A DNA stretch of 64,000 nt from the IMG/VR virus record IMGVR_UViG_3300044697_000029, positions 20,250-84,249 of that record, one strand, 5' to 3'. The notes below the pieces were generated by a model that was not told the DNA's origin, made no database searches, and saw only the letters and a list, made by a program, of their open reading frames with translations. Below, piece after piece: positions 48,077 through 57,996 of the stretch. The translations under genes and the position numbers were made by a program. The DNA is from a virus. Each line of letters starts with the position of its first letter. Within the stretch, counting starts at the first letter, position 1.

Positions 48077-48509
48077 GCTGATCCCCGCCCGTGCGGGCCA
48101 TGCGATCGAGGTTGCGAGGCGGTCCAGAGCCGCAGTGACCACCTCGGCCGAACGCTGCGGCATCGACGTGCGCCGCGCCGTGAGGGCAGCCGTTGCCGGT
48201 TCAAGGCGTTCCCTGGCGCTTCGGGTCGATGGCCGCGTCGTAGCGATCTATGGCATCGTGGGGGCGTTGGTATCAGGCGAGACGACGATATGGCTGCATG
48301 CCGCCCGAGGGGTTGCGCGGCATTTGGTCGCAGCTTGCCAGCACGAACTGGCCGAATTGATTGCATCTGAAAACCGACTTGTGGCCTACATCGCGCCGGA
48401 TGATGATGTCGCTCTGCGCTTTGTGCGCCACTGGGGGTTTCGAGCCGATGGCGAACTGCCGAACGGAATGCGCCGCGTGATCCTGGATACGAAGGAGATG
48501 CGGCGGTGA
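48063..48509 (+). CDS. GNAT-like phage protein (position of T7 gp13)
   Basis: VVAIYGI..., ALRFVRHWGF; follows the nozzle. Confidence 0.6.
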   Translation: MACVELIPARAGHAIEVARRSRAAVTTSAERCGIDVRRAVRAAVAGSRRSLALRVDGRVVAIYGIVGALVSGETTIWLHAARGVARHLVAACQHELAELIASENRLVAYIAPDDDVALRFVRHWGFRADGELPNGMRRVILDTKEMRR

Positions 48510-49039
48510 GCCTTCCGGCACTAGCTCTCGGCGGTTTGGCGCTGTCTGCGGTTGGGCAGGTTGGAAGCGGCATCGCGCAGTCACAGGCTGCGTCCTATCA
48601 GGCCGCCGTCAGTCGCAACAACGCCATCGAAGCCGGCCAGAACGCGACCTACGCAGAAGAGGCGGGCGCGCAGCAGGAAGAGATTGCCGGGCGCAAGGCT
48701 GCGGCCCAGAGTGGCGCCGTGAAGGCCGGGTTGGCGGCGAACAACATTGATGTCAATTCCGGGTCTGCGGTTGGCGTTGAGACCGGCGAGCGGGAAAGCG
48801 GCGAGTTGAGCGAAGAGAACGTCATCAACAATGCCATGCTGCAAGCCTACGGCTACCAGACGCAAGTGACGGGCTATCAGGCACAAGCCGGATTGCAAAG
48901 CCAAGAGGCGGCGACGGCGATCCCTGGCAGTCTGCTGGCGGCTGGTGGGTCGTTCGCATCCAATGCGTCCCTTCTGCCCGGAAAGTTCTCTGGCTTCGGG
49001 AGTTATGAGCCGTTTATCGACAGCGGCACGTGGGGTTAG
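48506..49039 (+). CDS. Small internal virion (ejection) protein, gp14-like
   Basis: Hydrophobic Gly/Ala N-terminus, Ala/Gln-rich, AANNIDVNSGS. Confidence 0.75.
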   Translation: MSLPALALGGLALSAVGQVGSGIAQSQAASYQAAVSRNNAIEAGQNATYAEEAGAQQEEIAGRKAAAQSGAVKAGLAANNIDVNSGSAVGVETGERESGELSEENVINNAMLQAYGYQTQVTGYQAQAGLQSQEAATAIPGSLLAAGGSFASNASLLPGKFSGFGSYEPFIDSGTWG

Positions 49040-49042
49040 ACC

Positions 49043-51871
49043 GTGGCACGCCCCCCGTACAGCGAAGGCATCCCGTTTGCCGAGGCCGCGCCGCGGCCAC
49101 CGGAAGACTATGAGCACATCGAGGCCAACCCGGCCGAGTTCGGGGGCTTGGCGGCCGAGGGCACTGAAAGGGCTGGCGCTGGGGCACTCGCTCTCGACAA
49201 ATTCTATAGCCAGACCGCGGCTACACAGGCCGTAAGCAATTGGCAGGACAAGGCCAGCGACTTGTTAGCCAAGTTCCGGCAGTTGCGTGGTCAAGACGCG
49301 ATGAGCGCCCAACCGGAGGTGCTCCAAAGCCTTAAGGAAGCTGAGGATGAGGGGCGATCGAGTCTCCCGAATGGTGTTGCGCAGCTTCAGTTTAATGAGA
49401 ATATTCGCTACCTTCGGTCCCGGTACGAAGGCATGGTCGGCGAGCATTACGACCAGCAAGCTCAGACATGGGCGATTGCTGTCAACGAAAGCGCCGGAAA
49501 CAATGCGCTGCGGGATATCGATCAGGCGAGCGTGAAAGGAGACCTGCCGACCATCGCGGCCGGCGTGCAACGGCTGACAGATGCCCGCATGAAGGCCGCA
49601 CAGGTGCAGTTCGGGACTTTGACGCCGGACATGCGCCAGAACGTGGCGGCGAAGGCCGCGTCTGATGCCGTCACGACGCAGGTCCGCGCGATCATGCCGG
49701 CTGACCCGATGCGGGCGCAGCGCGTTCTCGCCGCCAATGCGACGCGGTTACCCGCTGCGGCGTACGACTCGCTCTCGCGCGAATTGAAGGGTCTGACGGC
49801 AAATGCTCAAGGGGACGCTGATCTCGGCGCGGTGTTACCGGGGGGCGGCGCACCAACCCAACCTGCGCCGCAAAGCGGCCCAGCGCTGGCACGCCCCATT
49901 TCCGCATCTCCTGGCGACATTGCTGCGGCGCTCCGTAGCACGGAAGCAAGCGGCCCGGCGGCGATAAGCGCAGCCGGTGCGCGCGGGGAGTACCAGGTTG
50001 CTCCGGCATTCTTCCGAGATTATGCACGTCCTGGCGAGAATTTCGACAGCGAGACTGATCGACAGGCCGTCGCGCAGCGTGGGATTGCCAATCTCTGGCA
50101 GCGGTACCAAGGCGACCCATCGCGTGTAGCGGTGGCCTACTTCTCTGGAACGGGAAACGTAACGCCTGCTGGTAGTCCTACGCCGTGGAAGGCCAATCTG
50201 AGCGACGCGACGGGCACGACAACATCCGCTTACGTGGGTCGGTTCCTGACAAAACTTGGAGGCGCCAGCGCTCAGTCCCCAAACATGCCTGACTGGTCCG
50301 CCGTGGAACAGCGCGCCATTACCATGACGGCAGGCGATGACGAGCGGCAGAGGGTTCTTCTGTCGAAGATTGGCCAACTCCGCAGTCGCATGGAACTCGC
50401 GACCGCGAGCGAACGCGCCCAACTGACGCATGCCCAGGGCGATCTTGAAAAAGCCGCCCTGGCGGGACTGCCGATTAGCATTCCCGAATCGCGCTATCGC
50501 GCTGTGTTCACGCCAGAAGAAGCTGACGAAAGGCTTACAGACCTCTCCGTCGCGCAGACGGCGGGGCAAATCCTTGCCGGCATCAAGTTCGGTAGTCCTG
50601 CGCAGGTGCAGAGCGTTCTAACCGATCTTACTGCTGGAATGGGGCGCGTTTCGGATCAACTGAGGTCCAGACTGGCTGGCGAGAGAGGGGCTCCTACCGT
50701 CACGACGGCAGCCGGTCCAGGGCAGAGCGCGCCCGTTATCGAATCGCCCGAGGCATTTGGACTGCGCACTGGCGTCGCCGCCCTAGCGTTGCAGCAAATT
50801 CAGGAGCGCGCGAAGGCGCTCTCCACAGACCCTGCGGCCTATGTCTTGACGGAGCCGACCGTTGCCGCCGCAGCGCATGGAATGACGGCTGGCGCGCCGG
50901 ACGATCCGACCGATCCGACCGCTGGCGACAAGGGATACGCGGCGTTCGCGAGGACAGCACTGGCCGTCGAAGGTCACCTGGGGGTAACTCCCGGCGCGCA
51001 GCATGTCCTGAGTGTCGGGCAGGCGCAGTCCATCGCGTCATCTCTCACCGCGCCAGACGTTGACGTGAAGCAACAGCTTGACGCGCTGAAAAAGCAATGG
51101 GGCGACGAGGTATGGCCACACGTGTTCGGCGACCTCGTGACGCTGGGAAAACTGCCGCCCGCGTACCAGTCGGTGGCCGTGCTGGATGATCCCCGCGACG
51201 CTGCGTTGCTGGCGCGGTCGATCAATGAGACATCGAAAAGCGGCAAGGATTGGGCGCATATCCTGGGGAATGCCGGCGGCAAGCCGGTGGCGCAGGGAAT
51301 CAAGGATTCCGTCCGCAATGATCCGACGGTACTTCAACTTGAGCGCTCCCTGTCGGGCAGCGGCGCGACGGCGCAGCAGATCGACGGCATTGTGAGTTCG
51401 ATCGAGACGCTTGCGTACGGGAAACGGTTCTACAATCAGGATGCCAATGCGGCGCAGGATGCGGTGACGGCGTTCACCAGCAAATATGCCTTTTTGCCGA
51501 ACGGGGATGCGCGGGTGCCTGTCGGTCGCTTTTCGGACGTGACGGCGAATGCGCGCGCCACGCTGGTGAGCCTCACGCCAGCGCAGATCGAGGTGCCGTC
51601 CATGTTTCGCGTGTCCGACACCCAGGAGGCGCTTCGGCAAAACTCGACCGCACCATCCGCCGCTGATTACGTGCGGTCCATCCAGGCAAATCCGAGCTGG
51701 ATCACCGCACCCCGTGGCGACGCGCTGTGGTTGATGGACAACGAAGGTCGCATCGTCCGGGGACTGAATGGCAGCCCTATCGCGGTTCCGTTTGCCGCCG
51801 GTCCTCCGGCTCCGCCGACCGTTCCGACGCAAGCCGGCGTACCGCAGCCGGGAGTGGCGATCTCCCCATGA
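49043..51871 (+). CDS. Internal virion protein with lytic transglycosylase-like domain
   Basis: STEASG...SAAGARGEYQ...AVAYFSG...YV motif set at about 49925-50260. Confidence 0.75.
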   Translation: MARPPYSEGIPFAEAAPRPPEDYEHIEANPAEFGGLAAEGTERAGAGALALDKFYSQTAATQAVSNWQDKASDLLAKFRQLRGQDAMSAQPEVLQSLKEAEDEGRSSLPNGVAQLQFNENIRYLRSRYEGMVGEHYDQQAQTWAIAVNESAGNNALRDIDQASVKGDLPTIAAGVQRLTDARMKAAQVQFGTLTPDMRQNVAAKAASDAVTTQVRAIMPADPMRAQRVLAANATRLPAAAYDSLSRELKGLTANAQGDADLGAVLPGGGAPTQPAPQSGPALARPISASPGDIAAALRSTEASGPAAISAAGARGEYQVAPAFFRDYARPGENFDSETDRQAVAQRGIANLWQRYQGDPSRVAVAYFSGTGNVTPAGSPTPWKANLSDATGTTTSAYVGRFLTKLGGASAQSPNMPDWSAVEQRAITMTAGDDERQRVLLSKIGQLRSRMELATASERAQLTHAQGDLEKAALAGLPISIPESRYRAVFTPEEADERLTDLSVAQTAGQILAGIKFGSPAQVQSVLTDLTAGMGRVSDQLRSRLAGERGAPTVTTAAGPGQSAPVIESPEAFGLRTGVAALALQQIQERAKALSTDPAAYVLTEPTVAAAAHGMTAGAPDDPTDPTAGDKGYAAFARTALAVEGHLGVTPGAQHVLSVGQAQSIASSLTAPDVDVKQQLDALKKQWGDEVWPHVFGDLVTLGKLPPAYQSVAVLDDPRDAALLARSINETSKSGKDWAHILGNAGGKPVAQGIKDSVRNDPTVLQLERSLSGSGATAQQIDGIVSSIETLAYGKRFYNQDANAAQDAVTAFTSKYAFLPNGDARVPVGRFSDVTANARATLVSLTPAQIEVPSMFRVSDTQEALRQNSTAPSAADYVRSIQANPSWITAPRGDALWLMDNEGRIVRGLNGSPIAVPFAAGPPAPPTVPTQAGVPQPGVAISP

Positions 51872-54800
51872 CCGATTTTGTCATAGCGGGGCAGCCCTAT
51901 GAGCCGCCGGAAAGCGCGGCCGATCTCGGCTATGCGCAGACGCCGGCTCCGTTTCTCTCTCGTGTGGGCGCGGAGATCGAGGGCAACATAACCCCGATGC
52001 TCGAGCGCGCGATCGAGCGCGGCAGCCAGTCGGATGCAACCGGACTGGACCGCGCGTTGTTCGAGTCGGCCCCCTACGTGGCCTACGGGGCAATGCCATA
52101 TTCGCCGTGGCAACCTGGCACCGCAACGGCACCTGCGGGTTACGAACCGCAGCAGTCCGACAAACTTCCCGCCGCCGCGATTAATGAACGGTACGCGCCG
52201 GTCGGACCGGACGGGAAGGCGGTTCCAATCACCGACAAGCCTATGTCGGAAGGACTAGGCCAAATCATTGGGCGCCAGAAAACCGAGGAAATGCAGCGCG
52301 AGAGCGTGATCGCGCGCAACGCCGCGCAAAACTCGTGGCCGGTGAACTTCGCGACTGGCATGGCGACGTTCATGTTGGACCCCATCAATGCGGCGACTTC
52401 GTTCATTCCGGGGATCGGCGAGGAAACCGCGCTGGCGGCACTCGGCCGAGCCGGAATCGGGGAGGGCCTTGTTGCTCGGATGGTCGCGCGTGGTGTGGCG
52501 GGGGCAACGGCGATGGGTGCCCAGCAGGTTCCGCTGTCGCTCGCGCAGTACGGGCTGGGCACCGAGGAAGCGTCGGACTTCAGCTTCCGCGACGCGATGA
52601 AGCAAATCCTCTACGGGGCAGCTTGGGGTGCGGCCATACATGGGGCATTCGGGACGGCTCGTGAGTTGGGGATCATGCGGCCCGATGCAGTTATGGGAAG
52701 GCCGTTGGGAGCGCCACCGGCTGCAGAGCCGGAGACCGCACCGGAGACCGCACCCCCGCACTCGGAAGCCGCAGAGCCGCCTGTGGCGCCGGCCGTGCGG
52801 CAGGAAGCGGCTGCGGTATCGGAGCAACCTGCGCCTGTTCGCGCCGACGCCATGCGTGCCGCCGTGGCCGAGACGCTGGACGGTCGGCCGGTGGACGTGC
52901 AGCCCGTAGTGGATGCGGCGCAGAGTGCGAAGCCTGCCAACCCCGGGACCATCGAACAGATCATGGCGCGGGAGAACGTCGGGCGCGCCCAGGCCGTGCG
53001 GATACAGAACGAATGGCTGGCGGCCGTTGGAACACCGATCACGTCGGAAGAAATTGCCGCGCGTCGTGCAGGAGTGGCGTCGCTCACGCCTGCTCCCTTG
53101 CGCATTCTCCCTCCCGCCGTCCCGTCGTCGGTTGCTGAACAGCAGGGCCAGCTCGCGCGCGACGGCTACGCCACTGGGCTGCCGAGCGAGGACGTCCGTG
53201 AGACAGCGGAGCGCGTGTATGAGCCGCGGCCGACCGAGGAGCCGGCAGCGGAAACGTTGGCGCCGGCTGTCGTACGCCCCGCTGAGCCTTCGGCTGGCCG
53301 CCGTGCGGCGCCAACGCCGTACGTCACGGTCCCGCAGGAACCGCGCAGATTGGCCACGTTTCTGATTCAACAGGGAGGGCTGCGCGATACGGGCGGCGAT
53401 GTCCGCGCAACGCTCGGCGGCGCGCGATTCCGACCTGGTCTGGTAAACGCCAGCGGAATGGGCCTGGACGACGCAACGCTGCTGGCGTGGCAGCATGGGT
53501 ATTTCCCGGACTGGGGGGAACGGCGCCCAGAGATCAACGATCTGCTGGAAAAGCTGGACGAGGACCTGAACCGTGGCAATCCCCAATATTCGCATGAGGA
53601 CGAGGTTGCGGCCGAGAATTATCGCGCGGCGCTCGCGCACAACTCGGAAGTGGATCGGCTAGCGACCCGACTGGGCATCGACCACACCGGCATGACGCAT
53701 GAGCAGTTCTTCGACGCTGCGGCTGAACGTATGTCGGCTGACGAAGCCGCCCAGGAAGCGGCGGACCAACTCGCATCGCAGAACTCGGCATTTGAGGAAG
53801 CCGAGCAGGAAGCAAAGGCATGGGTTGCCTACCACGGCACCCCGCACGATTTTGATGAGTTCGACGCATCCAAGATCGGAACCGGCGAAGGCGCCCAGGC
53901 ATACGGCCACGGTCTCTACTTCGCCGAGAACCCGGAGGTGGCGGGGCAATATCAGCGTGCCGTCACGATGCAGCACGCCGCGACACCGGAGCGGCTGGCG
54001 GCAGAGGAGCGGCTGAACGCGGCGATCCGCGCCAGCAATGCGAAGATTGCAGAGCTGCGCGAGCGCGGCATTCGTCCGGGCACTGAGGAATACGACCGTG
54101 AGATGGCGCCGCTTGAAGAAGCGACGGAACGCGCACGAACGGAAGTCGGCGAACGGCCATCTGGCCATCTATTGACGGTCGAGGTTCACGCCAAGCCGGA
54201 AGAAATGCTGGATTGGGATAAGACGCTGAGCGAGCAGCCTGAGATTGTCAGAAACTACCTCAAGTCGCATCCGCAAATGGCGGCATCACTTGAGCGCCAA
54301 GGAGCATTCCTAAAAAGGGAGCCGACGGGAGGCGCCCTCTACAGGCAGCATTTCCAGAACTATGTCCTTGCGACCAAGGAACAGGAGGCTGCGGCAAGCG
54401 CGCAACTTCGCGCCGCCGGGATCAAAGGCATCCGTTATCTCGATCAGGGCAGCAGGGCCGGTGGAGAGGGCACCCGCAACGTCGTCATCTTCGACCCGCG
54501 CGATGTAGAAATCACACACCGCAACGGCGAGCCGGTCGCTCAGCCTCACCCGTTGACGGCTGAAGAAGCCGCCGAAATGCAGCAGCATGGCGAGCCGCCA
54601 TCGGAAAGGTGGAACGCCGATGAGTTCTATGGTAGCGACCAGTCCCGCTCCCTGGAGGACCTGGAAAATGAACGCCGACGAGAGGAAGCGGTCACTGCTT
54701 CAGCGGTCGAACGCGCTGGCGGCGGTGGGGAGTCAGCGGTTGCCGCCGAGCATCCGGGAACTCTACAAGAAGAGCCTGGACCACGGGGAGGCGGCATTGG

Positions 54801-55242
54801 GGCTGGCGGACGCGCTGGACCGGAAACAGTCGGCCCTCCAAGAGCAGCCCGCGCCACCGATCTCCTTGGAACCTTGATCGCAGAGAAGCGCGCCGCGCGC
54901 GCAGCGGCAGAACCGACGATCCGCAACGATGTGCGGCAGGACGTTATGCCGGGCATGGAGCCTTCCGCTGTCCAGGCCCAGGCGGCGCGCGACCAGGCCG
55001 GCCCGCGTAGTGGCCAACTCCCGGCAAACGAGGGGCTGTTTGCCCCGCAGGAGACGCCGCAGGCGCCGCTTCCACTAGACGCCGAGACCGCAGACGCCAT
55101 CCGGCGGCTCGGCGCGTACGGCGATCTCATCGGCCCAGAGGACAAGGCCGAAATCGCTGCGGCAGACACTGAGGCGCAGAACGCCGAGCAACAAGCGTCA
55201 GCTATCACCGAGGCTGCGGCTTGTCTGAATGGGGGCGCGTAG
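51868..55242 (+). CDS. Large internal virion protein with ADP-ribosyltransferase-like (ART-PolyVal-type) domain
   Basis: AYHGT..DFDEFD...IGTGEG..AYG.GLYFAE...GIKGI.Y.D...NVVIFD. Confidence 0.75.
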   Translation: MTDFVIAGQPYEPPESAADLGYAQTPAPFLSRVGAEIEGNITPMLERAIERGSQSDATGLDRALFESAPYVAYGAMPYSPWQPGTATAPAGYEPQQSDKLPAAAINERYAPVGPDGKAVPITDKPMSEGLGQIIGRQKTEEMQRESVIARNAAQNSWPVNFATGMATFMLDPINAATSFIPGIGEETALAALGRAGIGEGLVARMVARGVAGATAMGAQQVPLSLAQYGLGTEEASDFSFRDAMKQILYGAAWGAAIHGAFGTARELGIMRPDAVMGRPLGAPPAAEPETAPETAPPHSEAAEPPVAPAVRQEAAAVSEQPAPVRADAMRAAVAETLDGRPVDVQPVVDAAQSAKPANPGTIEQIMARENVGRAQAVRIQNEWLAAVGTPITSEEIAARRAGVASLTPAPLRILPPAVPSSVAEQQGQLARDGYATGLPSEDVRETAERVYEPRPTEEPAAETLAPAVVRPAEPSAGRRAAPTPYVTVPQEPRRLATFLIQQGGLRDTGGDVRATLGGARFRPGLVNASGMGLDDATLLAWQHGYFPDWGERRPEINDLLEKLDEDLNRGNPQYSHEDEVAAENYRAALAHNSEVDRLATRLGIDHTGMTHEQFFDAAAERMSADEAAQEAADQLASQNSAFEEAEQEAKAWVAYHGTPHDFDEFDASKIGTGEGAQAYGHGLYFAENPEVAGQYQRAVTMQHAATPERLAAEERLNAAIRASNAKIAELRERGIRPGTEEYDREMAPLEEATERARTEVGERPSGHLLTVEVHAKPEEMLDWDKTLSEQPEIVRNYLKSHPQMAASLERQGAFLKREPTGGALYRQHFQNYVLATKEQEAAASAQLRAAGIKGIRYLDQGSRAGGEGTRNVVIFDPRDVEITHRNGEPVAQPHPLTAEEAAEMQQHGEPPSERWNADEFYGSDQSRSLEDLENERRREEAVTASAVERAGGGGESAVAAEHPGTLQEEPGPRGGGIGAGGRAGPETVGPPRAARATDLLGTLIAEKRAARAAAEPTIRNDVRQDVMPGMEPSAVQAQAARDQAGPRSGQLPANEGLFAPQETPQAPLPLDAETADAIRRLGAYGDLIGPEDKAEIAAADTEAQNAEQQASAITEAAACLNGGA

Positions 55243-55243
55243 C

Positions 55244-57844
55244 ATGCCACAACCAGCCGCTCCACGTTCCTTTGAGGAGTGCGTGACTCGTGTCGCAGCA
55301 GCCGGACAGGTGAGCCGCGCGTCCGCGTTGGAACTTCTTCAGCAGGTTCATGACCGGGCCGAGCGCATGCGTGAAACCGGCGCGCCGGACCCGTTCCTGA
55401 AGGCTGCGTCGGAACTCGCCGCGGAGACCAAGGAAACCGCTCGCCTCGATCGCCTCGACGCGATCCGAAACGCGACCAAGCGCACCGCTATCCTCGCTAG
55501 GATTACAGGGTTTGGAGACGCTGAGCAGGTCCTGCGGGACATCCTGCATGGGTCAAACGTCGGCTCTCGCGAGAATATCCAGTCCGAATGGCTGGGCCGC
55601 GCGGCGCCGACGAATGCCGCGATGGACTTCCGGCTGAAAAAGGCCGGCCTCTCGCAAGCGGCGATCAGTGGCCAACTCGACCGCGAGGTCGTGCGTGCCA
55701 TGTGGACGCGGCGCACAGGCGAAGCGGCGGACGTCAGCGCGCCAGCGAAAGAGATGGCTGAGACCTACGGGCCAGTCCTAGACCAGATGCGCGATTTGCA
55801 GAATCAGCACGGCGCGCGGATCGGCGAGGATGTGAACCATGTCACACACCTGTGGAACGATCGCCTTCTGATGCTGCGCGGCGGCCGAGGCGCGACGGGA
55901 CCAATCGAAACGGACGAAGCATTCCGTCGGTGGTATTCGATCTGGGAGCCGGCGCAGTCCGAGCGAACCTTTGAGGGGATGGAACTGCGCGAAGGGGAGA
56001 CGCCAGAACAGGCGCGGCTTCGCTTCGGGCGGTCATTCTTCGATGCCTCGGTTTCCAATGTGCATATGACACCCCCGGGGGTTGCTGGGTTCTGGACGGA
56101 TGAGGAAGGGATGCCGTCCTTCGTGCCGCCAGCGTTCGAGGGCACGCATAACTTGGCGCGCCGCGTCTCGCAGCAGCGGGTGGCGTTCTTCAAGGATGCC
56201 GACTCGTGGTTCGAGTACAACCAGAAATACGGGCGCTACCGGACGATCTATGAGGCCGTCCAGCGGACCGTGGATCAGTCCTCGCGCAACATCGCGCTGA
56301 TGGACAAGCTGGGAACGAATCCGGCGGCGAACCTCAACCAGATCATCCGGCGCGTCCAGGAAATCTACCGGGACGATCTCGATGGCGGCGCGAAGTTCGC
56401 CAAGGCAATCCCTGGCATTCAGAACGTCATGGCGCGACTGGATGGCTCGGCAAACATTCCGATTCAATCCATGTGGCTGTCGCTCGGCGAAGGTGCGCGG
56501 GAGTACTACGACATGGTTAGCCTTGGCGGGGTGGGCGTCACGCACTTTGCTTCCGTGTGGGCAACGGTCCCGACGGAACTCAGGCACCACGGCGCCGGCG
56601 TGGGTACGGATGCCCTTGGACTGGGCAACCTGGGCGGCGCGCTGGCCAATACTGGCCGCGTGCTCTCAATGCTTCTGCATGGCAAGGGGCCGATGGAACG
56701 GCAGGAGATCATGGCTGACCTCGGGGCGTACGCGGGCGGCTTGACGTACAGCCTTTCCCGGAACTGGGACATTCTCCTGAACAAGGATGGTGGTACGCCG
56801 CCGATGGGGCGCATCGCCGCGCTCCACACGCTATTTATGAAAGCCACGGGCATCCACTATCTGTTCGATAGCGTCAGGGCCGGGGTGCGCGAGTGGGCGG
56901 CAGCGAATCTTGGGCGCCAGTTGGACCGCGGTCTTACCGAACTCGATCCGCACCTACAGCAGATGCTCGCGAAATATGGCATCCGCGATGCGGAGTGGCA
57001 GCAGTTGCGCGGCCTCACTGACCTTCCGACATGGCAGGGAAGAACCTACCTGACGCCGAAAGATGCCCTTCGGACGCCAGCCGGTCAGGCACTAGCGGAC
57101 AAACTGATGATGTACTACCACGACGCGGGGGACCATGCCGTTGTGGTGCCGGGAGTTCGTGAGCGCGCGATGCTGTACGGAGCGCTGCGCCCCGGTGATC
57201 CGCGCTATGAGATGTATCGGCTGCTCTATCAGTTCAAAATTTGGCCAGTGGCGGCGGCGAACCAAATTCTAGGCCGCGAGATACACCTTGCACTGAACGC
57301 CAAAGATGCCGCGTGGGGTCTCGGCCTGACGATCGCGCTGTCAACGCTCGGCGGCTACACGCGGATGGCGCTGAACGACCTGGCGACGGGCAACGTCCCT
57401 CGTGACCCGCGCAGCCCGGAGACGCTGATGGCCGGCTTGGCGCAAGGGGGCGGTCTCGGAATTTTCGGTGACCTGCTGTTCGGAGAGGTGAACCGGCTCG
57501 GCGCCGGCGGTCTTACCGCGCTGGGAGGACCGTTGATGACGGACGGCGATCACCTCGTGCGGCTTTACGGGCGATGGCTGACAAGCCTGCGCACCGGAGG
57601 GCGGTACGATCCGTGGCCGGACGTGGCGCGGTTTGCCGTCAACCACGTGCCGTTCGCAAATCTGGTCTATCTCAAGGGCGCGCTGGATTACATGCTTTGG
57701 TACCACCTGTTCGAGACGGCTTCGCCCGGATGGTGGGAGCGGACCAATCGCCGGATGCAGATCGAACAGGGGCGCACCATGGCCGGCTACGTGCCGGGCG
57801 GCAAAATCCCCTGGACGCCTTGGGGGTTGGGCGCCCGGCAGTGA
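55244..57844 (+). CDS. Large internal virion (ejection) protein
   Basis: FKDADSW.EY..KYG, QFK.WP, QGGGLGIFGDLL and PFANL.Y motifs; position. Confidence 0.78.
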   Translation: MPQPAAPRSFEECVTRVAAAGQVSRASALELLQQVHDRAERMRETGAPDPFLKAASELAAETKETARLDRLDAIRNATKRTAILARITGFGDAEQVLRDILHGSNVGSRENIQSEWLGRAAPTNAAMDFRLKKAGLSQAAISGQLDREVVRAMWTRRTGEAADVSAPAKEMAETYGPVLDQMRDLQNQHGARIGEDVNHVTHLWNDRLLMLRGGRGATGPIETDEAFRRWYSIWEPAQSERTFEGMELREGETPEQARLRFGRSFFDASVSNVHMTPPGVAGFWTDEEGMPSFVPPAFEGTHNLARRVSQQRVAFFKDADSWFEYNQKYGRYRTIYEAVQRTVDQSSRNIALMDKLGTNPAANLNQIIRRVQEIYRDDLDGGAKFAKAIPGIQNVMARLDGSANIPIQSMWLSLGEGAREYYDMVSLGGVGVTHFASVWATVPTELRHHGAGVGTDALGLGNLGGALANTGRVLSMLLHGKGPMERQEIMADLGAYAGGLTYSLSRNWDILLNKDGGTPPMGRIAALHTLFMKATGIHYLFDSVRAGVREWAAANLGRQLDRGLTELDPHLQQMLAKYGIRDAEWQQLRGLTDLPTWQGRTYLTPKDALRTPAGQALADKLMMYYHDAGDHAVVVPGVRERAMLYGALRPGDPRYEMYRLLYQFKIWPVAAANQILGREIHLALNAKDAAWGLGLTIALSTLGGYTRMALNDLATGNVPRDPRSPETLMAGLAQGGGLGIFGDLLFGEVNRLGAGGLTALGGPLMTDGDHLVRLYGRWLTSLRTGGRYDPWPDVARFAVNHVPFANLVYLKGALDYMLWYHLFETASPGWWERTNRRMQIEQGRTMAGYVPGGKIPWTPWGLGARQ

Positions 57845-57972
57845 GATTCCTCGCCGATCCGCGCGTGCCGCTCCCGATCAAACTGCTCGCTGGCGTCCAT
57901 TTTGCCTGGGGCATCGTCGCCGCGCTCGCTGTGGTGATTTCGGGCGTGACCGGCGCGCTGGCGCACCTGTAA
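57841..57972 (+). CDS. Small single-TM protein
   Basis: GTGA coupling; 43 aa with one hydrophobic helix. Confidence 0.5.
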   Translation: MRFLADPRVPLPIKLLAGVHFAWGIVAALAVVISGVTGALAHL

Positions 57973-57996
57973 GTTTCCTCCGTTGAGGGCCATCAC

